A DNA stretch of 64,000 nucleotides from Paramoeba atlantica (taxonomy: Eukaryota > Protista > Discosea): assembly GCA_977017575.1 (NCBI GenBank), contig CDRNVI010000019.1:310001-374000 (forward strand). The letters are read 5' to 3'. The notes beneath the pieces were generated by a model. That model was not told where the DNA came from and searched no databases. It worked only from the letters and a program-made list of their open reading frames with translations. Both the position numbers and the translations under genes were made by a program. Positions 30,260 through 39,541 of the stretch are shown in pieces (the first letter of the stretch is position 1; each line of letters begins with the position of its first letter).

Positions 30260-33200
30260 CTAGCCTCGTACCCCGCGGCGGTACCAGTCCTGTACTGCCG
30301 CCTGTACAATCTGGGCATTACCTTTCTGGATGGCCACCCCTATGGCCATCAGAAGGTGGGACATGCATCCGTTCTTGTCGGATGAGTGAGCCCGGGCCAC
30401 CTTGGTTAGGAAGTTCAAAGTCTCTGGGCCCGGGATCCCATACGTGGTGAATGCCAAGGGGTAAAATTCCATCCCTCGGGCGGTCGCCATCTCATCGTGT
30501 GAGCGCCGCTTGTTGGCCTCTGCCATCCTCAGGGTATGAGAGGGCTCTGCGGCCTCCTTCTCCACGTAGGACGGGGCCAGTGGGTTCACCACGGTGACAT
30601 CAACTAGGGCAGTCTTCCGTCCCAGCTGGAAGCATATGTCGGGCCCCCGTCCATTGTCGAACCTCGGTTCGTGTAGGTCCGGTTTGAAACCATACTGCAC
30701 AAGAAGGTTTCGAAAGGTTTCCTTGACCTCCTTGTGGCGGGAGGCCTGGGTCTTCCCCTTAACCTTTTTGCAATCCAGTGCGTGTACGCAAAACTCCTCA
30801 TTGCGGAGGGTTGCACCGCACACGCACTGGAGCTCAGGTTCCGAGGTGGGGGCGACCAAGTACCGGAGACGGGCCGCAGTCTCCCACTGCGGGTCCCGCA
30901 TGTAATACTCCGGCCTGTTGGGCCATGCGTTCATCCACTTAGTGGAGTGAATGTTCTGGGTCTGTCGCATGCAGACCAGTTGGGTGGCCGTCGGGGCTTT
31001 CCCCAACGCGGCCTCACAGAGGTTGCGCCGCTGTTCCTTGGCTGACATGCCTTGGGGTCGGCCCTGTAGGGCGTTCTTCGCCTTGGCCTGCATGTCTTCC
31101 GCCTTGTGCGCGAAGGGGATGGTCCCCAGGAAATCTGCCGTGAAAAGGTTATTGGAGAACGGCGTTTTTCCCAAGGAGCCCATCCCCCCGAGCAAGGCCT
31201 CAGCACATGCCAGGACGGCTTTGTCGACCTGGGTATTGGCCACTTTAGTGACCGGGGGGTCGTGGGTCCTTACGATGTAGTTCCATCCCACAGAGTCCCA
31301 CAGACTCTGTGGGAGTCCCACAGGACTCCCACAGAGTCTTAAAAGGGGCAAGGCGCATTGCCTGCTAATGTCCTTGAGTTTCCCCAGGAAGGAGATTACC
31401 TTGGGGGCCTTGGAAAGCACCCATTCTTCCTCCCTAGCCTCCGACACCCCGATGAAGGCCCCCAGTAGTTTGACCCCCCCGGGGGAGTGGACCATGCGAG
31501 ATCCGGAGAACTCGGAGAAGAGGTCCTCGCGTCTGGTAGCTACTTTGCATTTAGCAGTATTTAACCGTAGCCCAAGATGCTTCAGCTCCTCGCGGAGGGC
31601 CTCTAGGGCTTCCGCGCAAACCTTGGGTTCACCAGCAAAGGTGACGTCATCCAGGTACGCCCAGACCTTCAGCGTGCCTGTGAAGTTGGCCGCCACTCTG
31701 GCGATTGCCCCCTGGATCCCTATGGCAAATAGGATGGGAGCCATGGGGTCGCCCTGCTTGACCCCCCTTGAGCTCGTGATGCATTGGCCTTCCCCAAGGT
31801 GAAGGGTACTGGTGGTGCCGTAGCTGAACAGGGTGATGCCCTCAATGGGGAGGAGTTTCGGATCCCCCCTTACCGCCCTAAAAATTGCCGACCGTGAGAT
31901 GCTATTAAAGGCGTTCTCGAGGTCTGCCGCCACGATGACCTCCTTCGGCCTGTCCCTGAAGTGCTGTCGCACATTATAAATTATGTGCTCACACCCCTGC
32001 GTGTATTGGGCTCCAAACTGGATGCCCTGAAAGTAAGTGGGGAGATGTTCCCGGATTTTCTCCAGGGCAAGGAGCCCCGCCACCTTGAGGATGCACTCTC
32101 CCATGGCGATGGGCCTGTAGGAAGAGTGGTGCCCCGCCGGGGAGTCCGGTTTGGTGAATAGTTTTAAGGACGCCCCCGTGAGAAGTTCCCTCATTGAGGG
32201 GGGGAGGGAGTTGGTCATTATCCCGTGGATTATCCACGTGATACACTCGCGGGGTCCATCTTCCATGAGGACTGGGACAAGCAGTTCCTTGGTCCATCCC
32301 GTAGGTCCGGGGGCGCGGATAGGGGCCAGGATTTGAGCCTTCCTGGCCACATCGGCGGGGGAGGGTAGGGTTCCGTGTCGGTCCCTGTTGTACCTGAATT
32401 TCCCCGCAGTGTAGGGCCCGCCTGTGGGGTGTAGACGTTTTGCCTGTTCTAGGGCCGCCGTGGGGTTGGCCGGAGGATTGAGGGGCGCCTCCATCGTTTT
32501 GGCCGCCCTGGAGAAGCAACCCGCCCTGCACAATTCCTCGACCCGTTTTTTGACAGACCACGGGGGGCCGTTGGCCTGACTCGGGGATGGAGCCAAGGTC
32601 TCCGAACCCTCTAAATGGGCGCGCATTCTAAGTTCGCGCGCTAGCTGGCGTTGCGACAGCTTGTCCTCGGGGAGGAAAAGGAAACGTTTAACGGCGAGGA
32701 GGAGGTTCCAGGCTATCTCGACCTTGCCCTCCACCGACTTATTAATAAAATCGTGGCATACACCGGCAGTGTATTCCTTCCAAGCCGGGTATTGGAGTGC
32801 GTACAGTTTACGTAAGGACCCCCTCCCCAGGAGCTCTGCTAAATTTTCGGGGGAAGGGGCTTGTCCACGCACCTCAACTGGAGCGCCCTGGGTTGTCGGG
32901 GTGGATTGCTTGTTTCGTGTGGTGGAAGACACTCCCCCCACCTCCGATGTCCCCCCCTGTCCCGTCGTCCGCTGAGAAGTTTTGGGCACATTGGCGGCCG
33001 CCGCGATGTGCTCGATCAGGGTCCCGTGAGAGTGCGGGGTTGGCCCCCCATTACAATGGGATTCTGGATACGGGCCAGCTCTGCAGCTGCCAGCCTCGGC
33101 GCGATCCTCGCTGGCGTCCGGCATGGCCCCCCCCAGAACAGGGGTTGTGGACTTAGGGCCCGATGAAAAGCTGTGGGGTGTCGGGGTGGGCCCCCCATTA

Positions 33201-33712
33201 CAATGGGATTTTGGATACGGGCCCGCTCTGAGGCTGCCAGCCTCGGCGCAATCCTCGCTGGCATCCGGCATGGCCCCCCCCAGAACAAGGGTTGTGGACT
33301 TAGGGCCCGATGAAAAGCTGTTGGGTGTCGGGGTGGGCCCCCCATTACAATGGGATTTTGGATACGGGCCCGCTCTGAGGCTGCCAGCCTCGGCGCAATC
33401 CTCGCTGGCACCCGGCATGGCCCCCCCCAGAACAGGGGTTGTGGACTTAGGGCCCGATGAAAAGCTGTTGGGTGTCGGGGTGGGCCCCCCATTACAATGG
33501 GATTTTGGATACGGGCCCGCTCTGAGGCTGCCAGCCTCGGCGCAATCCTCGCTGGCATCCGGCATGGCCCCCCCCAGAACAAGGGTTGTGGACTTAGGGC
33601 CCGATGAAAAGCTGTTGGGTGTCGGGGTGGGCCCCCCATTACAATGGGATTTTGGATACGGGCCCGCTCTGAGGCTGCCAGCCTCGGCGCAATCCTCGCT
33701 GGCATCCGGCAT
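30260..33712 (-). CDS. Retrotransposon RT-RLE polyprotein, downstream frame
   Basis: RT motifs APGPTGW, YRPIAMGE, DLENAFNS, GVKQGDP, YLDD and GLRLNTAKC. C-terminal CVCG..HALDC zinc knuckle, RH, and GPDI..LVDVTV RLE core. Confidence 0.92.
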   Translation of the reverse strand: MPDASEDCAEAGSLRAGPYPKSHCNGGPTPTPNSFSSGPKSTTLVLGGAMPDASEDCAEAGSLRAGPYPKSHCNGGPTPTPNSFSSGPKSTTPVLGGAMPGASEDCAEAGSLRAGPYPKSHCNGGPTPTPNSFSSGPKSTTLVLGGAMPDASEDCAEAGSLRAGPYPKSHCNGGPTPTPHSFSSGPKSTTPVLGGAMPDASEDRAEAGSCRAGPYPESHCNGGPTPHSHGTLIEHIAAAANVPKTSQRTTGQGGTSEVGGVSSTTRNKQSTPTTQGAPVEVRGQAPSPENLAELLGRGSLRKLYALQYPAWKEYTAGVCHDFINKSVEGKVEIAWNLLLAVKRFLFLPEDKLSQRQLARELRMRAHLEGSETLAPSPSQANGPPWSVKKRVEELCRAGCFSRAAKTMEAPLNPPANPTAALEQAKRLHPTGGPYTAGKFRYNRDRHGTLPSPADVARKAQILAPIRAPGPTGWTKELLVPVLMEDGPRECITWIIHGIMTNSLPPSMRELLTGASLKLFTKPDSPAGHHSSYRPIAMGECILKVAGLLALEKIREHLPTYFQGIQFGAQYTQGCEHIIYNVRQHFRDRPKEVIVAADLENAFNSISRSAIFRAVRGDPKLLPIEGITLFSYGTTSTLHLGEGQCITSSRGVKQGDPMAPILFAIGIQGAIARVAANFTGTLKVWAYLDDVTFAGEPKVCAEALEALREELKHLGLRLNTAKCKVATRREDLFSEFSGSRMVHSPGGVKLLGAFIGVSEAREEEWVLSKAPKVISFLGKLKDISRQCALPLLRLCGSPVGLPQSLWDSVGWNYIVRTHDPPVTKVANTQVDKAVLACAEALLGGMGSLGKTPFSNNLFTADFLGTIPFAHKAEDMQAKAKNALQGRPQGMSAKEQRRNLCEAALGKAPTATQLVCMRQTQNIHSTKWMNAWPNRPEYYMRDPQWETAARLRYLVAPTSEPELQCVCGATLRNEEFCVHALDCKKVKGKTQASRHKEVKETFRNLLVQYGFKPDLHEPRFDNGRGPDICFQLGRKTALVDVTVVNPLAPSYVEKEAAEPSHTLRMAEANKRRSHDEMATARGMEFYPLAFTTYGIPGPETLNFLTKVARAHSSDKNGCMSHLLMAIGVAIQKGNAQIVQAAVQDWYRRGVRG

Positions 33713-33850
33713 GGCCCCCCCAGAACAGGGGTTGTGGACTTAGGGCCCGATGAAAAGCTGTGGGGTGTCGGGTTGAGCCCCCCATTACAATGGGATTTTG
33801 GATACGGGCCCGCTCTGAGGCTGCCAGCCTCGGCGCAATCCTCGCTGGCA
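33040..33850. repeat. 147-bp (49-codon) tandem repeat, ~5.5 copies, inside the retrotransposon ORF
   Basis: The CCCATTACAATGGG landmark recurs at spacings 147, 147, 147, 147 and 146. Copies differ at only a few positions. Confidence 0.95.
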
Positions 33851-34335
33851 TCCCGCTTGGCCCCCCCCTGATGCGGGGGTGTGGGAATGGGGTCTGTAAT
33901 GTGGGGGTCGGGTAGTGGGGTAGGGGTGTCCTCGGTTTGTGTGCTCGTCTGTCCCGTTACGTTCACGGGGTTACTGTCCGCGGGGCCGGAGGATTTGGGC
34001 GTTTTATTCTTCCGTTTTGCGCGGCGTGGTCCCGGGTTGGCTTCGATGCACCCTCTACGGAGGTTACACCGGACTAACTCGGCCGACCACCCCGAGTCAG
34101 CTATCAGTCCCTCCGTGGGCGTGAAGCTCCAGCAAGCCGTTCCGCCCTCCGACGCGAACGGGGTCCAGGCTCCTGCAAAGCACTGGGCTATACCAAGGGC
34201 GTGGCATAGGAAAAAGGGGATATGTTCGCCTGGGAGATCGGACGGCGTCTCTATGCTTGCTCCTGCTCCCGATCCGTCGAAGACTTTGACGTGGGGACCG
34301 TGGGAGGGGCCGTGGTTTGGACTCAGCCTCTCCAT
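33713..34335 (-). CDS. Retrotransposon polyprotein, N-terminal part (out of frame with the RT part by one base)
   Basis: The ORF from ATG 34335 reads the first repeat copy in the same peptide (DASEDCAEAG...) as the downstream frame. The C-run at 33715-33721 has 7 C versus 8 in the other copies. Restoring one base gives a single 1358-aa ORF. Confidence 0.75.
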
Positions 34336-34404
34336 TAGACAAATGAATTGTCTCCACCTTGTGGGCTACTTCCCGTTCTTTTCCCAAAAGCAATTTGCTC
34401 CAAT

Positions 34405-34740
34405 TCACCGATAAGGTATTGTATTCCGAAGGAAATGAGTGTCTTCCTCGTGTTCTTTGCGCGCCTTGCGTCGGTTTAGGTTCTGCGGATCATTAAAAAA
34501 GACTCGCACCATACCCTCAAGTAGGTCGTCAGAAAGATGTCTCTTCTTGTTTTCTATGTGCAACATGTGACCAAATTCGCGCTCCGTGTGTGTTTCGGAA
34601 AAGTGAATCCGGTTTATTGCTTGTCTAAACGTATTTTTGAGAAACAGAACTTCGCCAATAGTTCTCCACAACTTGTCGCTGTGTATCATCAACCACGCGA
34701 TCAAATTCCGACTCCAACCGCGATGCCTAAAAAAGTTGGA
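34405..34740 (-). pseudogene. hAT transposase C-terminal dimerisation-domain remnant
   Basis: SETHTEREFGHMLHIENKKRHLSDDLLEGMVRVFFN resembles S..xERxFS.M..I...R..L....LE.L..I..N. No ATG; the N-terminal part is missing before the TIR. Confidence 0.55.
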
Positions 34741-34952
34741 TTATCAATTGTAATAATTTATAATAATTATTATTAAAGAAAAAAATTATTAATAATTTTG
34801 CTACTATGGTTCATCTCCTCTTAGAACATTCTAGTCTAATACCAGTGTTAATATCGCGTTGAAACCATTCTCATTACAAAAGTAAACGGGGTAGGGCGAT
34901 TTTTTTGGAGTCCAAAAACAAGCATTTTAATCTTTTTATGAAAGCTAAAAAT

Positions 34953-35537
34953 TTAAAGACGTTCTATTTTTGTCCCACTTATGATTAAACAGTGTATACC
35001 ACGCGGTAAGTCATTTGTCACTAACGTACCAGTAAGCTTCGGATTCTCCGACAAACTTAACTGCCGAAGCCCTCGTGGAAGTTTCGCAAATAATATAGGA
35101 CCTGTAAAATCATTTCGCATTAAGTGAAGAAACATTAGATTCGGGGGGCAATCGTGTAAATCCAACGAACCACTAAACCTATTGAATTGCAATCTCAAAG
35201 CACACAAATGACGCGGCAACTCATCGAAAAACACGTTCCCGAATAGTTGATTTGAAGACAAATCGACATCTTCTATAGTTTGAGGAAGTTGTGACCAGTG
35301 TAAATATCCTCGTAGCATTCGACCTTCCCATGAAAGGGCAGTAACTGTTCCGTTGATATTACAAGACACACCAGGCCATTGGCACGCAGGTTCTTGTTTC
35401 GGAAAACGCCAATCGGATTCTTCCACGTCCCTCAGGAAAAGAGCAAGTTCGAATTCTGGCGGTCTTCGAGCACTTATACGAGCTAAACGGGGCCCGTCGG
35501 AGGGATCCTCAGAATTCGCAAACCGGAGAGTAAGCAT
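34953..35537 (-). CDS. Short leucine-rich-repeat protein (family copy 2)
   Basis: PACQWPGVSC cap, then LPxxLxxLxLxxNxFxG repeats; paralog of 23752-24525. Confidence 0.88.
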   Translation of the reverse strand: MLTLRFANSEDPSDGPRLARISARRPPEFELALFLRDVEESDWRFPKQEPACQWPGVSCNINGTVTALSWEGRMLRGYLHWSQLPQTIEDVDLSSNQLFGNVFFDELPRHLCALRLQFNRFSGSLDLHDCPPNLMFLHLMRNDFTGPILFAKLPRGLRQLSLSENPKLTGTLVTNDLPRGIHCLIISGTKIERL

Positions 35538-35542
35538 ATACA

Positions 35543-35585
35543 GTTGTAATAAGTGAAGTTGTAATAAGTGAAGTTGTAATAAGTT
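35543..35585. repeat. 15-bp tandem repeat x~2.8 (GTTGTAATAAGTGAA)
   Basis: Seen directly, immediately upstream of the LRR start codon. Confidence 0.8.
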
Positions 35586-35642
35586 AGTGATATAGCAATA
35601 AGTTTTATTTTAATTGAATAAATACTACACGACTCTTGTATA

Positions 35643-35745
35643 CAGGGGGTGGCACGAAAATATGGGGGGGGGGTCAAAAATCGTATAAATTGTCCAATTT
35701 TGGAAATTAGCACCGCATTCGAGAGCTTTCGCAGAGATACGCTTT
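35643..35745 (+). mobile_element. Solo left end of a Tc1/mariner element related to 58113-59668
   Basis: TA|CAGGGGGTGGCACGAAAA..TCGTATAAATTGTCCAATTTTGGAAA..CGCATTCGAGAGCT aligns with the TIR at 58113. No partner end seen. Confidence 0.75.
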
Positions 35746-36225
35746 CGCAGAGAGTACGTGTCACCTGCTATTGCGTTTCCCGTGCTTCTAATTTTTTTTA
35801 ACTTTGGACAAGAACATACGTTTCCGGAACTTGCAATTTTCTTCAAATTCATCGATTTTTTCGATATCTTAGGTATCTTCCTTATAAATCCTTATTACCC
35901 AAACCCGTTTCCAATGTTCATGATCGCCTTAGAGAATAGATAGATCACGCGATCAAAAGAGTACTAAGTTAAGCGCACCAAGTAAGTTCCACAGTGATAG
36001 TATCCCGATCACAATGCGAAGTCCCCACCGACCTGAACGTCCTCATTGAAGCTCTTGTGCCATCGCAAAGCATCGTGAAATAATTTCCTATTCTTTGGGA
36101 ACGCCAAGCGCACATTCATGGTGTTTACAAGAAGGAAATGCCCATACTCGAAATGGAACAGCCCTCTCCAGGTTCCTTCTGGAAATGGAAATATTTTCGA
36201 ACATAACCAACTGCAACACACTACA

Positions 36226-37095
36226 CTAAGAGCCTTTATAACACGGTATCCGTTTCTCGATGAATGCATTTATTCCTTCCAATCGGTCTTTGCTGTTCAA
36301 TATAGAATGGTAGCACGCGCGTTCTATTCGCATATGCGCATCAGCATCTACTTCCGTTAATGCGGATGCTCTTAATGCCTTTTTCGATGCTCTAACAGCG
36401 AGAGGTGCGTTATTAGCAATAGTACGACCAAGGTCAACAGCATTTTCTACGGCTTCACCGGAAGTCACGACCGCGTTGACTAGGTTTATGCTGAGTGCCT
36501 CGCGTGCATTTATCTGTCGTCCGGTGAATACAAGTTCACATGATTTACTATAGCCGACAATCAGGCTCAAATGTTGCGTACCACCTGCACCTGGAATAAT
36601 ACCGAGTTTAGTTTCAGGTAGTGAGAAGACGCTCTTCTCACCCGCAACACGCATGTCACATGAAAGTGCTAACTCGAATCCGCCGCCGATAGCCGGCCCC
36701 TCTATAGCAGCAATTGTGGGCATTGGTAATCGTGATATTGACACGAAAAGGCGACGCAAAATGTCGACAAAAAGAATAGTTTCCTTGTTTGACATTTTCT
36801 GTCGTTCATGTAAATCAGCTCCTGCACAGTACACCCCTTCCACTGCGCTTGCAAAAATTAGGCATCGACATTTAGAATTCACGCTCATTTTGGTTACATG
36901 CTTTTGTAGTTTGTTCACCAATGACTTGCTCAGAGCATTCCTTCGCTCAGGACGGTTCAATTCTAGGACATAAACACCGTTCTGTCCGATTTCCAGTCTA
37001 CATTCGTGCTCAATTGATTTCTTAGTACAGGGTGCATCAACAGCAGCAAGAGTGGTGCGACAACCTTTTGCACATCTTACAAACGATTTAAGCAT
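36226..37095 (-). CDS. Enoyl-CoA hydratase/isomerase family, methylglutaconyl-CoA hydratase (AUH)-like
   Basis: LNRPERRNAL, YCAGADL, AIGGGFELAL and ETKLGIIPGAGGTQ; presequence-like N-terminus. Confidence 0.9.
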   Translation of the reverse strand: MLKSFVRCAKGCRTTLAAVDAPCTKKSIEHECRLEIGQNGVYVLELNRPERRNALSKSLVNKLQKHVTKMSVNSKCRCLIFASAVEGVYCAGADLHERQKMSNKETILFVDILRRLFVSISRLPMPTIAAIEGPAIGGGFELALSCDMRVAGEKSVFSLPETKLGIIPGAGGTQHLSLIVGYSKSCELVFTGRQINAREALSINLVNAVVTSGEAVENAVDLGRTIANNAPLAVRASKKALRASALTEVDADAHMRIERACYHSILNSKDRLEGINAFIEKRIPCYKGS

Positions 37096-37391
37096 TTAAT
37101 ATTTACTTTCACGCTAAATTCCGAAACCCAAAATTACTTTTGAAAAGAAGGTTTAAACGACAAGTAGTTCGGTACCCGGCGTTCCTATTTCTGACTATGC
37201 GTCATAGTTACTCCACGCATTTTCAAAACCGTCTTTTAAAAACGGTTTAAAAATTTTATAAGCAAAAGAGGGGTTGTCGGAACTTAATTTGACATCATAA
37301 AAGCCCGAGTACTCCAATGGCAATCTGTACCACAATAAATTTCATGGGCATTGCATGCTACATGTGCTGAATACGGATGCATTGATAAATG

Positions 37392-38075
37392 CTAATCACG
37401 ATGTTCAGGATGTTCTTCTTCGTGTACGTATTCGCCTTGTTCATTTCCTTCGTCGAGAATTTCATCATTGCGCATTGAAGTAGTTCCGTATCCGGCATTG
37501 CAATTCCCTGCGAGTAGACCCGTAAGTCCGAATCCTGCAATAGGGTCATTCCACTCTGCTTCCTTTTGTATTTGCTGAGCAATTTGCTCAAGGTAATTTC
37601 CCATAAGAACTTTCTCTGGAGGGCGAACCAAATCGTTCGTAAGTGTAGCAATGTTTTCACACAATGTTTGGGGTAATTCTACCACTGACCTCTTCGGCAT
37701 ACAAACCTGGACATATTCAGAGGTAGTTGGTTTATGATTGCAAAGCTCAATTCTTTCCGTAGGTGTAAGCTCCGGTAAGTCACGGTTCTTCAGTAATTTA
37801 TCCACAGTTACTAAGTATTCCTTCAAAATATTAGAAGGGGGAAATCCAGCAGGACTCCTTTCATCTACCTCAAACTCATTAGCGTCGTTCTCATCGCTTG
37901 TGAGGTAGGGTCTTTCTGATCTCAAAGCGCACAGTAGATGATGCTCCAATGTAACCACATTGCTTGGTAGCGGGACTAAATCGCGCGATTCTAGAAAGGA
38001 CTGTCTTTGCTCTCTACGCTTGAGCAATAGCTTAAGCATTTCGAGATTAGTTATGGGGACTGATGCGTCGGACAT
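37392..38075 (-). CDS. Rpb4/RPC9 (C17)-family RNA polymerase subunit
   Basis: ITNLEMLKLL at the N-terminus and LTPTERIELCNHKPTT match the C17/Rpb4 pattern. Confidence 0.6.
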   Translation of the reverse strand: MSDASVPITNLEMLKLLLKRREQRQSFLESRDLVPLPSNVVTLEHHLLCALRSERPYLTSDENDANEFEVDERSPAGFPPSNILKEYLVTVDKLLKNRDLPELTPTERIELCNHKPTTSEYVQVCMPKRSVVELPQTLCENIATLTNDLVRPPEKVLMGNYLEQIAQQIQKEAEWNDPIAGFGLTGLLAGNCNAGYGTTSMRNDEILDEGNEQGEYVHEEEHPEHRD

Positions 38076-38395
38076 GTAGCGTGCCAGTAATAGTAAGTTC
38101 TATAAAAACATGGCCTTGGTAAATGATTTAAAAATTTGATCGAAAGAGAAGGCCTGAAGACATAACGCAGTACTCGGCTTAAAATGATAGTAACAGTGGA
38201 GAATTATCCAGTGTCCCGGTTTTTTGTATATGATAGCTGGAAAAGGATATTTAGACTTTTACCTGAGAAATGAGAAAGAAAACTACGTTTTGAATCTAGT
38301 GTGATTAAGCGCTTGAAGCACAAAAAAGTCTGAAAACATCAGTTTGCAGGCCTTCTCGTTCCAGGAAAAGGCCCACGACGTGTATTAACGCAGCT

Positions 38396-38644
38396 CTAGG
38401 AATTCCACCCAGCCTTTCGTTGATACTTCTCCCTCATTTTTTTCTTCTCTTCTTCGCTCAACGGAGGATTCATGTAGAGCATAATTCCTAATGCCACAGG
38501 AACTATAACCAGCTGCATCCGAATCATTTTCTTGCCCTCCAATTTGATTTTATTCCATGTAGATTCGTCTATACAGGTAGGTATTTGAAATGGTGTTCTC
38601 CATGAAGTATTTCTTTGGCACAAGAGTCGGATCGCAGCGCGCAT
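38396..38644 (-). CDS. Small single-TM hypothetical protein, possibly mitochondrial
   Basis: 82 aa; presequence-like start, one hydrophobic helix, charged tail. Confidence 0.55.
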   Translation of the reverse strand: MRAAIRLLCQRNTSWRTPFQIPTCIDESTWNKIKLEGKKMIRMQLVIVPVALGIMLYMNPPLSEEEKKKMREKYQRKAGWNS

Positions 38645-38945
38645 ACCAAAAGAGGATATTCTATACTTTAAAATTTATATATTGTAGTTTGTATTGCTTC
38701 TTTTGTTGTTTGTATTACTATTTTGCACTCTGCCGCAATATAAAGAAAAATGCACTCATTTAACTGAGTGTCTCAAAAAGTGAATGATCAACGACGAAGA
38801 AACAGGGGACAGCGAACTCTACCGAGTAGTAATTGTAAACAAGATCCGTCAAAAAAGAAATAGAAGAAACGAAAAAATCCGAGCAAGACCGAATGTTGTC
38901 GTCACTTGGCAAGTAAATTTTTCATGCAAGTTTCTCTACTCAAGT

Positions 38946-39317
38946 TCAATATAATCTGAAACGACCGCATGATTTACACCGAATTGTGTATGCCTCGTTG
39001 CGGTTTCGACACTCAAAATAAGAGCAGTACCAAGGTACTCGCACTGTGGGTGTCATTTCCTTCCACTCTACAGGACGAGACGCTGAGCAAGACCAACAAT
39101 TTTTTTGGGCATTATTGCTGCACATTCCGCAACCCTTACAGTGCCACTGTCCAAAAAGCAAAGGTTTTGCGGGACGTACTCGAGAACAGTTCTCACATTC
39201 GCCTTTTCTCTTCTCGTTCAATCTATTACATACACAAAGCCAGTCTCCACATCGGGGTCTTTTGATGGTCCAGGGTCGCAGTAACACACGTGGCCAAGGA
39301 GAGGATATTATTTTCAT
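38946..39317 (-). CDS. RanBP2-type zinc-finger protein (3 fingers)
   Basis: GDWLCVC..N..CENC, GQWHCKGC..CWSC and WYCSYFEC..N..CKSC. Confidence 0.75.
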   Translation of the reverse strand: MKIISSPWPRVLLRPWTIKRPRCGDWLCVCNRLNEKRKGECENCSRVRPAKPLLFGQWHCKGCGMCSNNAQKNCWSCSASRPVEWKEMTPTVRVPWYCSYFECRNRNEAYTIRCKSCGRFRLY

Positions 39318-39541
39318 TTCGATGTCATGTAATACGGTTCACAGCGCAAAGGTCGTTCATGTATTTCGAAACCTGTAAATAAGGAGGAATTCGCATGAGG
39401 ACAAAAAACATTTTTATCTGCATACAGAAATGAAACTGTATTTCTAGGCCGGGTGGTTTGCCAAAATAAATCTATTCGCAACAGGACTTAATCAAAAAAA
39501 ATACTAACCTATATTTAAAGATAATCTCGGGTACCCGCTTC

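Larger units (their letters stand above)
30215..34400 (-). mobile_element. CRE/SLACS-clade non-LTR retrotransposon (RT + restriction-like endonuclease)
   Basis: Poly(A) tail of 23 nt (T-run 30215-30237) after a 22-nt 3' UTR; single RT-RLE polyprotein. The 5' boundary is approximate (between 34335 and ~34405). Confidence 0.85.
28768..34808. mobile_element. hAT-like DNA transposon shell (6041 bp) with nested retroelement and repeats
   Basis: 8-bp TSD GTTCATCT at 28760-28767 and 34809-34816. Termini CATAGCAGCA / TGCTACTATG (9/10). Palindrome AATTATTAATAATT is subterminal at both ends. A hAT dimerisation-like remnant lies inside. Confidence 0.8.

Noticed and set aside
33016-33712. C-terminal half of the 439-aa ORF (PCRMPARIAPRL repeats)
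   Set aside because: Out-of-frame reading of the 147-bp repeat after the one-base slip.
33060-33850. Plus-strand repeat segment CCAGCCTC..CTCGCTGGC..CCGGCATGG resembles the HDV ribozyme core
   Set aside because: It is antisense to the element, has a 9-nt insertion in the would-be L3, lacks P1.1 and J4/2, and is explained as the reverse complement of coding repeats.
29340-33850. Regular repeats as a CRISPR array
   Set aside because: No unique spacers, wrong unit sizes, eukaryotic context and no cas genes.
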